Source of the DNA: an uncultured Gemmatimonadales bacterium
Lineage (GTDB): Bacteria; Gemmatimonadota; Gemmatimonadetes; Longimicrobiales; Gaopeijiaceae
Assembly (NCBI GenBank): GCA_963809895.1
Contig: CAWELD010000003.1
Span: 2,144,001 to 2,208,000, forward strand
DNA: 64,000 nucleotides
Direction of reading: 5' to 3'
The notes beneath the pieces were generated by a model that had not been told where the DNA came from, did no database searches, and worked only from the letters and a program-made list of their open reading frames with translations. Numbering within the stretch: position 1 is the first letter of the stretch; each line of letters begins with the position of its first letter. Below, piece after piece: positions 1 to 9,237 of the stretch. The position numbers and the translations under genes are program-made.

Positions 1-67
1 CCACCAGGAGCGTCGGTCCACCCCCCTCGCCCAGATCCGCCAGCGCGCGTTGCTCGGTTTCCAGCAC
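1..67 (-). CDS. Possible 5' end of a succinylglutamate desuccinylase/aspartoacylase-family gene (runs off the window)
   Basis: GTG 8 nt after the upstream stop reads VLETEQRALADLGEGGGPTLLV; 'GPTLLV' resembles the start of AstE/AspA-family enzymes; only 22 codons visible. Confidence 0.3.
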   Translation of the reverse strand, partial: MLETEQRALADLGEGGGPTLLV

Positions 68-75
68 CGCGACCC

Positions 76-1989
76 CTATTCCTCTTCCCTCAAACGCTCC
101 TCCAGGAGCTCGTAGGCGATGGGCATGAAGTCACGTTCACTGACGATTCCCACCAGCCGTCCCTCCTTCACCACCGGCAGGCAGGACACCTTCTCCTCGC
201 GCATGAGACGGATGGCGTCCAGGGTCGGGGTGTGGGGCTGCACGGTCACCGGATCACGCTCCATGATGGTCTTCACCGGCCGGTCCAGATAGGTGCCGGT
301 GCCGGCCTGGGCGATGAGGCGCAGCACCGACCGGTACGAGACGATGCCCACCAGGCGGTGATCGTCGTCCTCGACCAGCACGTGCCGGATCTGCTTGCGG
401 TCCATGAGGAAGGCCACCAGCTCCACGAGCTCGTCCTCGTGGACCGTGAAGAGGTAGGTGGTCATGTACTGCTCCACCCGCAGATAGTTCTGCTTCCATC
501 CCCCCGCCTCGCGCAGGATCGCCGGGGGCCACTCGTGCACCGGCCGACCCTCCACCTGCAGGCGGACCGTGCTCGCGGTGACCGCCGCCAGGCGCTCGGC
601 CAGCGTGCCCTGATCCTTCATGCGGTGGAGCGATTGCAGGATCCAGCGGGAACCGGTCTGTCCGGACTCCACCCGGGCCTGGATCACGCCCAGGTAGCGG
701 TCGATGTCCTCGTCGACGATGCCGTAGCCCTCCAGCCCCCGGCGGGCCAGCGGCAGGAGCGTATCCAGGATGAGACGCGGGGCCGAGACCGTCTCCCCGC
801 CCACCCAGTTCAGCGCGGCCTTGAGCCCGAGCTTCGCCGCGGCGATGAAATTGCCCTTGGCGTCGTCGAACTCCATGACCTCGCGAATGTCGCCGTATTC
901 GTTCGCGGCGCCCACCACCGAGCCGATCCAGAAGGCGGCGTTGGCCACCTCGTCCAGCACCGTGGGCCCGGAGCCCAACGCCCGGCACTCGATGCGCAGG
1001 TGGGGATGCCCTTCGCTGATGCCGTAGCAGGGCCGGTTCCACCGGTAGACGGTGCTGTTGTGGAGCTGCAGCGCCTGCAGGCGAGGCACCTCTCCCCGGG
1101 CCAGGAGCTCCAGCGGATCCTCGTCCACGTGGCTCGCCAGCAGCACCCTGAAGCGCGCGATGTCCTCCTGGAAGAGCTCGACGACGGACTGGTCCACCCA
1201 CTGGTCCCCGAAACGGACCCTGGGCGACAGCTCTCGCATGTGGAGGGTGGCGCTGCGGGTGTCCAGGGACTGCTGGAAGAGGGCGATGCGCGTCTCCGCC
1301 CACAGGCGCTTCCCGAAGAGGAGCGGCGAGTTGACGGCTGCGGCCAGCACCGGCGCCGTGACCGCCTGGGCCACGTTGTACAGCCCCGCGAATTCCTCCG
1401 CCGACACCTGCAGGTGGACCTGGCAACTGGTGTTGCACGCCTCCAGCATGACCGAATCGTGCTCCACGTGCAGCTCGTCGGTGCCCTCGATGCGGAGCCG
1501 GTACGCCGTGCCGCCCCTCATCCGGGTCAACGCCTCGTTGAGCGCGTAATACCGGGGCCGAGGCGTGATGTTGTCCAGCGTGAGGTCGGACTTGGACAGG
1601 GTCGGGAGGATGCCGGTGAGCACGACCTGTGAGCCCTCGGCCGCCGCGGCTTCCCGGGCGCGGGCCACCAGCTCGTTCATGTGCTGCTCGAGCCGCCGGA
1701 AGGCGTCGCCCTCGAGCATCATGGGCGGGAGGTTGACCTCGAGGTTGAAGCGGGCGAGCTCGGTGGTGAACGGGTCACCGAGGCGCTCGAGCACCTCCAC
1801 CGCCGAGCGCGCGGGTCGCCAGCCCCGGTTGACCAGGAACATCTCCTGCTCGGCGCCGAAACGGCGCACGCCCGCCTCGATGCGGCCCTGCTCCAGCATC
1901 TGCTCCAGCGCCTGCAGGTCGCGCAGCAGCGCCCGGGTGAAGGCGCGTACGGCCTCCGGGTTGCGTTCGGGAACGAGGTCAACACCCAT
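76..1989 (-). CDS. Glutamate-cysteine ligase (GCS2)-like carboxylate-amine ligase with C-terminal CBS pair
   Basis: GAEQE, TELARFNLE, QVHLQV, WNRPCY, LRIECR motifs; C-terminal MTT..TVHED..GIVSYR / PVTVQP..GIVSERD CBS repeats. Confidence 0.85.
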   Translation of the reverse strand: MGVDLVPERNPEAVRAFTRALLRDLQALEQMLEQGRIEAGVRRFGAEQEMFLVNRGWRPARSAVEVLERLGDPFTTELARFNLEVNLPPMMLEGDAFRRLEQHMNELVARAREAAAAEGSQVVLTGILPTLSKSDLTLDNITPRPRYYALNEALTRMRGGTAYRLRIEGTDELHVEHDSVMLEACNTSCQVHLQVSAEEFAGLYNVAQAVTAPVLAAAVNSPLLFGKRLWAETRIALFQQSLDTRSATLHMRELSPRVRFGDQWVDQSVVELFQEDIARFRVLLASHVDEDPLELLARGEVPRLQALQLHNSTVYRWNRPCYGISEGHPHLRIECRALGSGPTVLDEVANAAFWIGSVVGAANEYGDIREVMEFDDAKGNFIAAAKLGLKAALNWVGGETVSAPRLILDTLLPLARRGLEGYGIVDEDIDRYLGVIQARVESGQTGSRWILQSLHRMKDQGTLAERLAAVTASTVRLQVEGRPVHEWPPAILREAGGWKQNYLRVEQYMTTYLFTVHEDELVELVAFLMDRKQIRHVLVEDDDHRLVGIVSYRSVLRLIAQAGTGTYLDRPVKTIMERDPVTVQPHTPTLDAIRLMREEKVSCLPVVKEGRLVGIVSERDFMPIAYELLEERLREEE

Positions 1990-2002
1990 GCTCGGCGACC
2001 TG

Positions 2003-2674
2003 CTAGAGAAACGTGGCGATCTCGGCGAGAGACTTCTTCGTGATATCGGGCACGGTGGCGTCGTCCGCCGGATGCCCCACGACCAGGAGCAGGAAGGGCC
2101 GCTCGTGGTCCGGACGCTTCAGAATGCGGTTCAGGAAGCCCATGGGGGAGGGCGTGTGGGTGAGGGTGGCGAGGCCGGCCTCGTGGAGCGCGGTGACCAA
2201 CAGCCCGGTGGCGATCCCCACCGACTCGGTCACGTAGTAGTTCTTGCGCCGCTCCCCACCGGGCAGGACCTCGTAGCTCTGCGCGAAGACGGCGATGAGC
2301 CATGGAGCCACGTCCAGGAAGGGCTTGTGCTCGTCGGTACCCAGGGGAGCCAGCGCCTCGAGCCAGTCGTCCGGCGCCCGCTCGCGGTAGAACGCGCGCT
2401 CCTCTTCTTCGGCGGCCTCGCGAATCCGCCGCTTGATCGCCGGATCGGCCACCGCCACGAAGTGCCAGGGCTGCCGGTTGGCACCGTTGGGTGCGGTGCC
2501 CGCCGCCTCCAGACAGGCCTCGATGACCTCGCGGGGCACCGGCCGGTCCGAGAAGTCCCGCACGGTGCGGCGACGACGGATCCCGGCCAGGAACGTCCGG
2601 GCCCGCGCCACCATCTCGTCATCGGACACGCGCGAGTAGCCCGACAGGGGGATGAAGCGGGGAGCCGAGGACAT
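2003..2674 (-). CDS. Nitroreductase family, iodotyrosine deiodinase-like flavoprotein
   Basis: [38 protein letters not shown] motifs. Confidence 0.85.
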   Translation of the reverse strand: MSSAPRFIPLSGYSRVSDDEMVARARTFLAGIRRRRTVRDFSDRPVPREVIEACLEAAGTAPNGANRQPWHFVAVADPAIKRRIREAAEEEERAFYRERAPDDWLEALAPLGTDEHKPFLDVAPWLIAVFAQSYEVLPGGERRKNYYVTESVGIATGLLVTALHEAGLATLTHTPSPMGFLNRILKRPDHERPFLLLVVGHPADDATVPDITKKSLAEIATFL

Positions 2675-2778
2675 GGGATGGGGCCAGAGGAGACGGAAGC
2701 CGGGCTGTGGTCAGCGAATGGGCAGAATCGATGCCCCGGACTCGTCCGTCAAGGAACCTGCCGCGACGAGGGCGCCGC

Positions 2779-3318
2779 TCAGCCTCCTCGTACCAGCAGT
2801 CGATAGGCGTCCGGCGCGGAGCCCGCGCGGACCATGGCCGCCAACACTTCCTCGGGCGAGCGTCGCAGCGCTTCCATCAGGAAGCGCAGGTTCACCAAGG
2901 CCACGATCTCCGGGTCATCGAGCCGGATGCCCGGCCAGGCCGAGCTGGGCTGCTGGCGGTACTCGTCGTAGGCGTGGGCGAGGGGTCCCAGATCGGCGGC
3001 GCCGTCGAGCTCCACGTGGAGCATCCCGGCGTGCACGCCGTAGCGCGAGCCCAGATCCGCCCAGCTCTTGCCCGATCGCCGCAGAGCCGCCACCGCATCG
3101 GCGGAGACACCGCCGCGGCGGGCCACGAAGAGCACCACCGGCACCTCTTCCGGCGGCAGGTTCCAGTCGGACAGGATCTGCACCTCGCCCGCGGTCACCC
3201 CGAAATGCTCGCCCGCCGCCCGGTAGTAGGCGTCCAATCCTCCGGCCTGGGCCGAGGCCCGGAATGGCAGCAGGGCCAGAAATCCCAGGACCAGGACAGG
3301 CAATGGGTGGCGATGCAT
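2779..3318 (-). CDS. Hypothetical secreted protein
   Basis: Signal peptide ending ASA-Q, GGAGGA RBS, protein-like composition. Confidence 0.7.
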   Translation of the reverse strand: MHRHPLPVLVLGFLALLPFRASAQAGGLDAYYRAAGEHFGVTAGEVQILSDWNLPPEEVPVVLFVARRGGVSADAVAALRRSGKSWADLGSRYGVHAGMLHVELDGAADLGPLAHAYDEYRQQPSSAWPGIRLDDPEIVALVNLRFLMEALRRSPEEVLAAMVRAGSAPDAYRLLVRGG

Positions 3319-3411
3319 GGGGATCCTCCGTCCGAAGAGACGTCCGTACTCTCGGGAATCCGTTCCTACACCAACCGTGCCAAAGGGTCCCCTCGGGCCG
3401 CGATTCGCAGC

Positions 3412-4479
3412 CTACCCCGAAGCGGGGCCCCGGGCCAGGATGCGGCTCACCCTCTCCTCGGCCGCATCCAGGGGTGAGACGTCCCGCTCCCGAGCCTCCC
3501 GGAAGATCTCCGTGAGCACGTCGCCGATCCCTTCGAGGCGTCTGCGCAGCCCGGGACCGTCGGGCTCGCCCAGCGACATGCGGCCCAACGCGAGCGCTCC
3601 CCCGCCGTTGATGACGTAATCGGGCGCGTACAGGATGCCCCGCGCGCGCAGTGCCTCGGCGTCGGCGGGCCCACCGAGCTGATTGTTCGCCGAGCCCGCG
3701 ACGATCCTGCAGCGGAGCGAAGGGATGGATCCTGCGTCGAGCACGCCCCCGACGGCACAGGGCGCCAGCACCTCGCAGGGCGTGCGCAAGGCCTCCGACG
3801 GCGATACGACGGTGCCGGCGAGCTCTGCCGCCACCGCCGCCGCCCGCGCCTCGTCCACATCGGCCACCAGAACCTCGGCGCCCTCGCGGGCCAGCAGCTC
3901 AGCCAGGCGTCGTCCCACGTCACCCACACCCTGGACGAGGATGCGGCGCCCCCGAACCACGGGATCCCGGAAGGCGTGGCCCAGCGCGGCCTTGATCCCG
4001 GCGAGCACGCCGAGCGCGGTATACGGCCCCGGATCGGGGGGAGCCGCGCCGGGACCCACCACCTGCCGGCTCACCGAAGCCAGAAAGGCCATGTCTTCGG
4101 GCGTGGTTCCCAGGTCCTCACCGGTTCCGAACGCACCCTGGAGCGTGTCCAGCAGCGCGCCGTAGCGGGCCAGCAACTGTCGACGCTCCTCCTGGCCCGC
4201 CAACGGGCGACTCAGCGCGATCACGGCCTTGCCGCCGCCGAACGGTAGGTCCAGCACGGCCCACTTGCGGGTCATGCCCTCGGCGAGCCGCATGGCGTCC
4301 AGCAGCCCGTCCTCCGGCCGCCCGTAAACCTTCATGCGCGTCCCGCCCACCGGCTGGCCCAGGGTGTCGTCGTGGAGCGCGACGAAGATCCAGGCCCCGG
4401 TGGGGGGATCGTGACGGATCACGACCCCCCGCCCCCGCCAACCCTGGAGGACCCCGGCGAACCCGGTGGTGGGCGTCAC
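3412..4479 (-). CDS. Glu/Leu/Phe/Val dehydrogenase (leucine dehydrogenase-like)
   Basis: GGTRM, GMTRK, GGGKAV, GEDLGT, GVGDVG Rossmann motif, GSANNQL, PDYVINGGG. Confidence 0.9.
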   Translation of the reverse strand: MTPTTGFAGVLQGWRGRGVVIRHDPPTGAWIFVALHDDTLGQPVGGTRMKVYGRPEDGLLDAMRLAEGMTRKWAVLDLPFGGGKAVIALSRPLAGQEERRQLLARYGALLDTLQGAFGTGEDLGTTPEDMAFLASVSRQVVGPGAAPPDPGPYTALGVLAGIKAALGHAFRDPVVRGRRILVQGVGDVGRRLAELLAREGAEVLVADVDEARAAAVAAELAGTVVSPSEALRTPCEVLAPCAVGGVLDAGSIPSLRCRIVAGSANNQLGGPADAEALRARGILYAPDYVINGGGALALGRMSLGEPDGPGLRRRLEGIGDVLTEIFREARERDVSPLDAAEERVSRILARGPASG

Positions 4480-4491
4480 GCTTGGGCTCCG

Positions 4492-6015
4492 TCAGTTCCC
4501 CTCGACGATCTCCTGGTACGACTGGGGATTCCACTGCGGCCGCTGGTCCCGATCCGCCACGTCGAGGCCCAGATAGAACAGCAGCCGGCCGATGCGCGCG
4601 GCCTTTTCGCCGTCGATCTTGTCCACCTCGTCGCTGGGGCGGTGATAGTCCTCGTGCGTGCCGTTGAAGAAGAAGAGGATGGGCACGCCCTTGCGCGCGA
4701 AGTTGAAGTGGTCGGAACGGCGGTAGAAGTTCTGCTCCGGCCAGCGATCGTCGATGGCGGTCATTCCGATCTCGGGGTGCGCCGCGTTCACCCGCTCCAG
4801 CGTCTCACCCAGGTCCGAGTGCTCCTTGCCGATGGCCACGATGGTGTCGGGCCAGTTGCGCCCCACCATGTCGGCGTTCAGATCGGCGGCCACGCTGTCC
4901 AGGGGCACGGTGGGGTGCTCGGCGAAGTAGCTGCTGCCCCACAGCCCCTTCTCCTCGCCGCTCACCAGCAGGAACACCATGGAGCGACGGGGCGCCCGCG
5001 GGAGCGAGGCCATGGCTTCGGCGATCTCCATGACGGTGGCCGTTCCCGAGGCATCGTCGTCGGCGCCGTTGTAGATGGAGTCTCCGGACTCGTCGGGGCG
5101 TCCCACGCCCACGTGGTCCATGTGCGCGCTGTAGATCACGTATTCCCCGCTGAGCGTAGGATCGCTGCCCGGGAGAATGGCCACGACGTTGGGGGCGCTG
5201 GTGTCGTCCAGCACCTGGACGGCGAGGCTCGCCGAGGCCTGGACATCGGTCTCGTGCAGGGCCAGCGGCTGGTCCGCGGCACCCATCAGGGCATCGACGT
5301 CGAGCCCGGCGGCGGCCAGGACCCGACGGGCGGCGGGCTCGCGCACGCTCAGGATGACCGCGCCGCCGCCGTCGCTGGGACGGATCGTACGTGAGCGGGT
5401 CGCGCGATCCGCCATGGACTGCCAGGCCTGGTCGTCACGCGTGTCCAGGGTCCAGATGGCCGTGACGCCCGTGTCCGTGAACTGCCCGGCGCCTCCACGG
5501 CGCCCGCCTCCGTCGGGCGTGCCCAGAACCAGGACCTGCTTGCCTTCCAGGCCCTGCGTCAGGGAATCGGGAACGGGCCCGGTGCCGGTGAGGACCACCA
5601 GCGGCCCCTGCACGTCCACCGCGCTGGCGCTGCCCAGGGGGAGGACCTCGGTCCCGACGGCGAGCGCGCCGTCGCCGATGCGCGCCGAAGAGCCCTCGGG
5701 ATCGAACGCCACCGTCTGGACCGGATAGCGCTGGATGTACTCCTGGCCCGCTCCGGGCTGGAGTCCCCAGTCCCGGAACTGCTCGGCGATCCAGGCCGCC
5801 ACCTCGTCCAACTCGGGACTGGGCGTGTTGCGACCACGCATGGAGTCGGCGGCGAGCACGCCGATGCGGCCCTTGAGCTCGTCTCCGGTGATGGTGGCAG
5901 CGGCGGTGGAGGCGTCCGCCTCCGGCACGGGGGGCACGGGTTGGGGAGCGTCGGGACCGCAGGCGGTCAGGAGCACGCCGGCACAGAGGACGCCGGCCGA
6001 GATCTTGGTGTGCAT
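4492..6015 (-). CDS. M28 family metallopeptidase, lipoprotein
   Basis: Lipobox LTAC; SAHMDH, GADDDASG, EEKGL, RSDH, YHRPSD; start moved to MHTKIS. Confidence 0.9.
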   Translation of the reverse strand: MHTKISAGVLCAGVLLTACGPDAPQPVPPVPEADASTAAATITGDELKGRIGVLAADSMRGRNTPSPELDEVAAWIAEQFRDWGLQPGAGQEYIQRYPVQTVAFDPEGSSARIGDGALAVGTEVLPLGSASAVDVQGPLVVLTGTGPVPDSLTQGLEGKQVLVLGTPDGGGRRGGAGQFTDTGVTAIWTLDTRDDQAWQSMADRATRSRTIRPSDGGGAVILSVREPAARRVLAAAGLDVDALMGAADQPLALHETDVQASASLAVQVLDDTSAPNVVAILPGSDPTLSGEYVIYSAHMDHVGVGRPDESGDSIYNGADDDASGTATVMEIAEAMASLPRAPRRSMVFLLVSGEEKGLWGSSYFAEHPTVPLDSVAADLNADMVGRNWPDTIVAIGKEHSDLGETLERVNAAHPEIGMTAIDDRWPEQNFYRRSDHFNFARKGVPILFFFNGTHEDYHRPSDEVDKIDGEKAARIGRLLFYLGLDVADRDQRPQWNPQSYQEIVEGN

Positions 6016-6116
6016 CGTGGTGCGGGGGTTCGGGGTGCGGAGGGTACGACGCAGCAAGGTACTGCCTCACCGGCCATCGCGCCCGCCTCCACCCCCGCCC
6101 TCGGGTCGCGGGGGGA

Positions 6117-8753
6117 TCAGTCCACGGACAACGCCCGTACCGGATCCACGCCGCTGGCGCGTCGCGCAGGCAACCAGCTCGCCAGGAAGCTCACCCCCGC
6201 CAGGACCGCCATCACCAGAGCGAACACCGCCGGATCCCGGGGATCGACACCGACGGCCAGCGTGCGGAGGGCACCCACCGCCGGCACAGCCAGGGCCAGG
6301 CCCAGCACCAGCCCCAGGATCACGCGGCGTGCACCCTGCCCCACCACCATGCGCAGGACGCTGCCGCGATCCGCGCCCATGGCCATGCGTACGCCGATCT
6401 CGTGCGTCCGCCGCCCCACGGCGTATGCGGTCACACCCCAGATACCCACCGCACCCAGAACCAGCGACAGCACGCCGAAGGCGCCCATGAGCTCGGCGAT
6501 GATCCGGAATCCCCCGACACGCTCCACGATCCAGTCGTCCAGGGTGCGCACGTCGGAGACCGGGATGTCGCGGTCCACCGCCCACACCGCCTCCTGAAGC
6601 GAGGGAATCACCGCGGCCGCATCGGTGGCTGCCTTCACCACCACCGTCCGCACGCGCACGCCGCTCCCCCTCATGGGCCGGTAGAGGGAGGGCTCGAACG
6701 GCCGGTCCACGCCGCGCTCCACGTGGTCCTGCACCACGCCTACCACGGACACGCTGGAGCCGTCGGAGAGCACCAGGCTGGCGCCCACGGGATCGCGCAC
6801 GGGCAGGTAACGACGCTGGAAGGCCTCGTTCACCACCACCGCCGCGTCGTCCGCGGCATCGCTGCTCTCGAGCCCACGACCGGAGCGCACCTCCAGGCCC
6901 ATGGTGCGGAAGTACGTGTCCGACACGTAACTCAGGCGAGCGGGAAGCTCCTCTTCGGCCTGGCGGTCTCCGCCGCCGGGCACCTGCACCGTGGTCGCCC
7001 AGTTGGAGCCCTGCAGCGGCGCCGACTGGATCTCGCCCGCGGCGGTCACGCCGGGCAACGCCTCCAGGCGGGCGTCGAGGTCCCGGTAGAGGGCGTCGAG
7101 CTCCTCGCTGGATTCGTAGCGCGATTGCGGCGGGGTCACGCGCATGTACACCACGCCGTCGGGTGCCCACCCGAAGTCCTGGCTCTGCATGCCCACGATG
7201 CTACGAGCCATCACGATCCCCGCCACCAGCAGCACCGCCGCCAGGGCGGTCTGTACCACGACCAGCGTCCCGCCGGCGCGTCCTCCGCCGGCGACGCGCC
7301 GGCCCTGGCGCAGGTCGCCAGCGGGTTGGGCGGTGCGGAGGGCCGGCACCAGTCCGAAGGCCAGAGCGGATCCCAGCGTCACCGTGAGCGCGAAGGCGAG
7401 CACGCGCCAGTCCATCTCGAAGCTGAGGCTCGGGGGGAGATTGGCGGGCAGTCCGGCCACGATGTAGCGCCGTCCCCACTCCGCCAGAGCCATCCCCGAG
7501 ATGCCACCGACGAGCGACAGCACGGCGCTCTCGGTGAGCATCTGACGCACGAGTCGCCCCCGTCCGGCACCCAGCGCCGTGCGCACCGCCATCTCGCCCT
7601 GCCGGCTGTCGGCCCGGGCAAGCAGGAGATTGGCCACGTTCACGCATGCCATCAGGAGCAGGAAGCCCACGGCCGCGCTGAGGACCAGGCTGGCCTGCTT
7701 CGCCACCGGGCCCAGGATCTCGTCGCGCAACGGGATGACCGAGGCCACCCACCCGTCGTTGGTGTCCGGGTGCTCCGCCTGCAGGGCCCGGGCCACCTCG
7801 TTCACGGCGCGGCGGGCGGCGCCCAGGTCCACGCCGTCCCGCAGACGCGCCACGGCCTCCATGTTGTGATCACTACGGGATGCCGTGCTGGGATCCTCGG
7901 TCAGCGGCGCCAGCACGTCCATGGGAGAGTCCATGAACCTGAAATCCCTGGGCAGGATGCCCACCACCGTGCGCGGCTGCTCGTTCAGCACGATCTCGGA
8001 CCCCAGCACGTCGGGATCGCCGCCGAAGCGGCGCTGCCAGAATCCATCGGTCAGGATCACCACGGACGGTGCGTCGGGCCCGGCGTCGGACTCGACGAAA
8101 TCGCGCCCCAGCGCGGGCCGCACCCCGAGAATGCCGAGGAATCCCGGCGTCGTCACCACGCCGGCGAGCTGTTCCGGGTGGTCGCCCCCGGTGAGCACCG
8201 GCCGGGTGGAGCCGTACACGGCCAGGTCCTGGAAGACACCGGCCCGGGCCCGCCAGTCCCAGGCGTCGGCCAGATTCACGTCCGTGTGGCTCCAACCGCG
8301 CTCCGGCTGCTCCGCCCAGACCTGGACGAGCCGATCGGCGTCGGCGTAGGGCAGCGGGCGAAAGAGCAGCCCGTTCACAATGCTGAAGATCGCCGTGTTG
8401 GCCCCGATCCCCAGCGCGAGCGTCCCGGCCGCCGCGACGGTGAGCACCGGCCTGCGAGCCAACGCCCGCAGCGCGTATCGAAGATCGCTCAGAACGCTGC
8501 GCATCCCCTCGCCTCCCCTTTGGTTCGAATTGCCGTCCCACGCGTCCCTCAGTCCACGTTCCCGCAGGCCCGAGCGTGCGGCATCCCACGACGCCCGCAG
8601 CCACACCCTGGCGACCGCCCAGGCACCCCGCTGCCGGGCTGCGCCCAGATGCCCGACGAAGGTGTCCTCCATCTCGGCCCCGAATCGCCGGCGAAACGCT
8701 GGCGGAAAGAGCCTCAGCAGGAGGGCGCGATACGGCCACGGAGCCCGTCTCAC
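6117..8753 (-). CDS. ADOP-type duplicated MacB/FtsX ABC permease
   Basis: DLRYALR, LALGIGANTAIFS, ACVNVANLLLAR, RTHEIGVRMAMGA, PARRAS..DP; GTG overlaps the padR stop (GTGA). Confidence 0.9.
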   Translation of the reverse strand: MRRAPWPYRALLLRLFPPAFRRRFGAEMEDTFVGHLGAARQRGAWAVARVWLRASWDAARSGLRERGLRDAWDGNSNQRGGEGMRSVLSDLRYALRALARRPVLTVAAAGTLALGIGANTAIFSIVNGLLFRPLPYADADRLVQVWAEQPERGWSHTDVNLADAWDWRARAGVFQDLAVYGSTRPVLTGGDHPEQLAGVVTTPGFLGILGVRPALGRDFVESDAGPDAPSVVILTDGFWQRRFGGDPDVLGSEIVLNEQPRTVVGILPRDFRFMDSPMDVLAPLTEDPSTASRSDHNMEAVARLRDGVDLGAARRAVNEVARALQAEHPDTNDGWVASVIPLRDEILGPVAKQASLVLSAAVGFLLLMACVNVANLLLARADSRQGEMAVRTALGAGRGRLVRQMLTESAVLSLVGGISGMALAEWGRRYIVAGLPANLPPSLSFEMDWRVLAFALTVTLGSALAFGLVPALRTAQPAGDLRQGRRVAGGGRAGGTLVVVQTALAAVLLVAGIVMARSIVGMQSQDFGWAPDGVVYMRVTPPQSRYESSEELDALYRDLDARLEALPGVTAAGEIQSAPLQGSNWATTVQVPGGGDRQAEEELPARLSYVSDTYFRTMGLEVRSGRGLESSDAADDAAVVVNEAFQRRYLPVRDPVGASLVLSDGSSVSVVGVVQDHVERGVDRPFEPSLYRPMRGSGVRVRTVVVKAATDAAAVIPSLQEAVWAVDRDIPVSDVRTLDDWIVERVGGFRIIAELMGAFGVLSLVLGAVGIWGVTAYAVGRRTHEIGVRMAMGADRGSVLRMVVGQGARRVILGLVLGLALAVPAVGALRTLAVGVDPRDPAVFALVMAVLAGVSFLASWLPARRASGVDPVRALSVD

Positions 8754-9103
8754 GCCGGCTCCATCCCTGCGGACCGATTGCGGGCGCGGGCGACCTGGGC
8801 CCATTCCGCCAACCGCTCCGCCTCTGCGGCCAGGGCCTCACGGCCCCTCGGCGTGATGGCGTAGAAGCGGCGCTTGCCACCCTCGGACGGCGCGTTGTCG
8901 GGGGCTTCGGTCTCACCGATCAACCCGCTCTCGGCAAGGTCGCGCAGGGAGCCGTACAGCGTGCCCGGCCACAGGTGCATCTCCCCGTCGGTGCGCTCCA
9001 GCACCTCTTCCATGATGGCCGTGCCGTGCAGCGCCTCTCCGGCCAGGGCCAGGAGGATCTGGAACCAGTGGGGCTTGAGTCCCTGATCGAGGGTGTCCGC
9101 CAT
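8750..9103 (-). CDS. PadR family transcriptional regulator
   Basis: HGTAI, PGTLYGSL, RRFYAIT..GR winged-helix motifs; coupled to the ADOP gene. Confidence 0.92.
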   Translation of the reverse strand: MADTLDQGLKPHWFQILLALAGEALHGTAIMEEVLERTDGEMHLWPGTLYGSLRDLAESGLIGETEAPDNAPSEGGKRRFYAITPRGREALAAEAERLAEWAQVARARNRSAGMEPA

Positions 9104-9131
9104 GAGCGACCTCTACGAAATACGGTTGAAT

Positions 9132-9153
9132 ATATATACCGACGAGTATACAT
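9132..9153. promoter_or_regulatory. Candidate PadR operator
   Basis: AT-rich inverted repeat ATATATAC-N6-GTATACAT (7/8) about 30 nt upstream of padR. Confidence 0.5.
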
Positions 9154-9237
9154 GCCGACGGGTTTCAGGACCAACCCGGAGATCGATTTGCGAGGACTCG
9201 GGGCGGTGGCGCTCCGGTCATGCCGGAGTCGGAACGC

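Noticed and set aside
3367..3382. Possible sigma54 promoter TGGCACGGTTGGTGTA upstream of the 179-aa gene
   Set aside because: Good -24 but poor -12 (GTGT); not enough support
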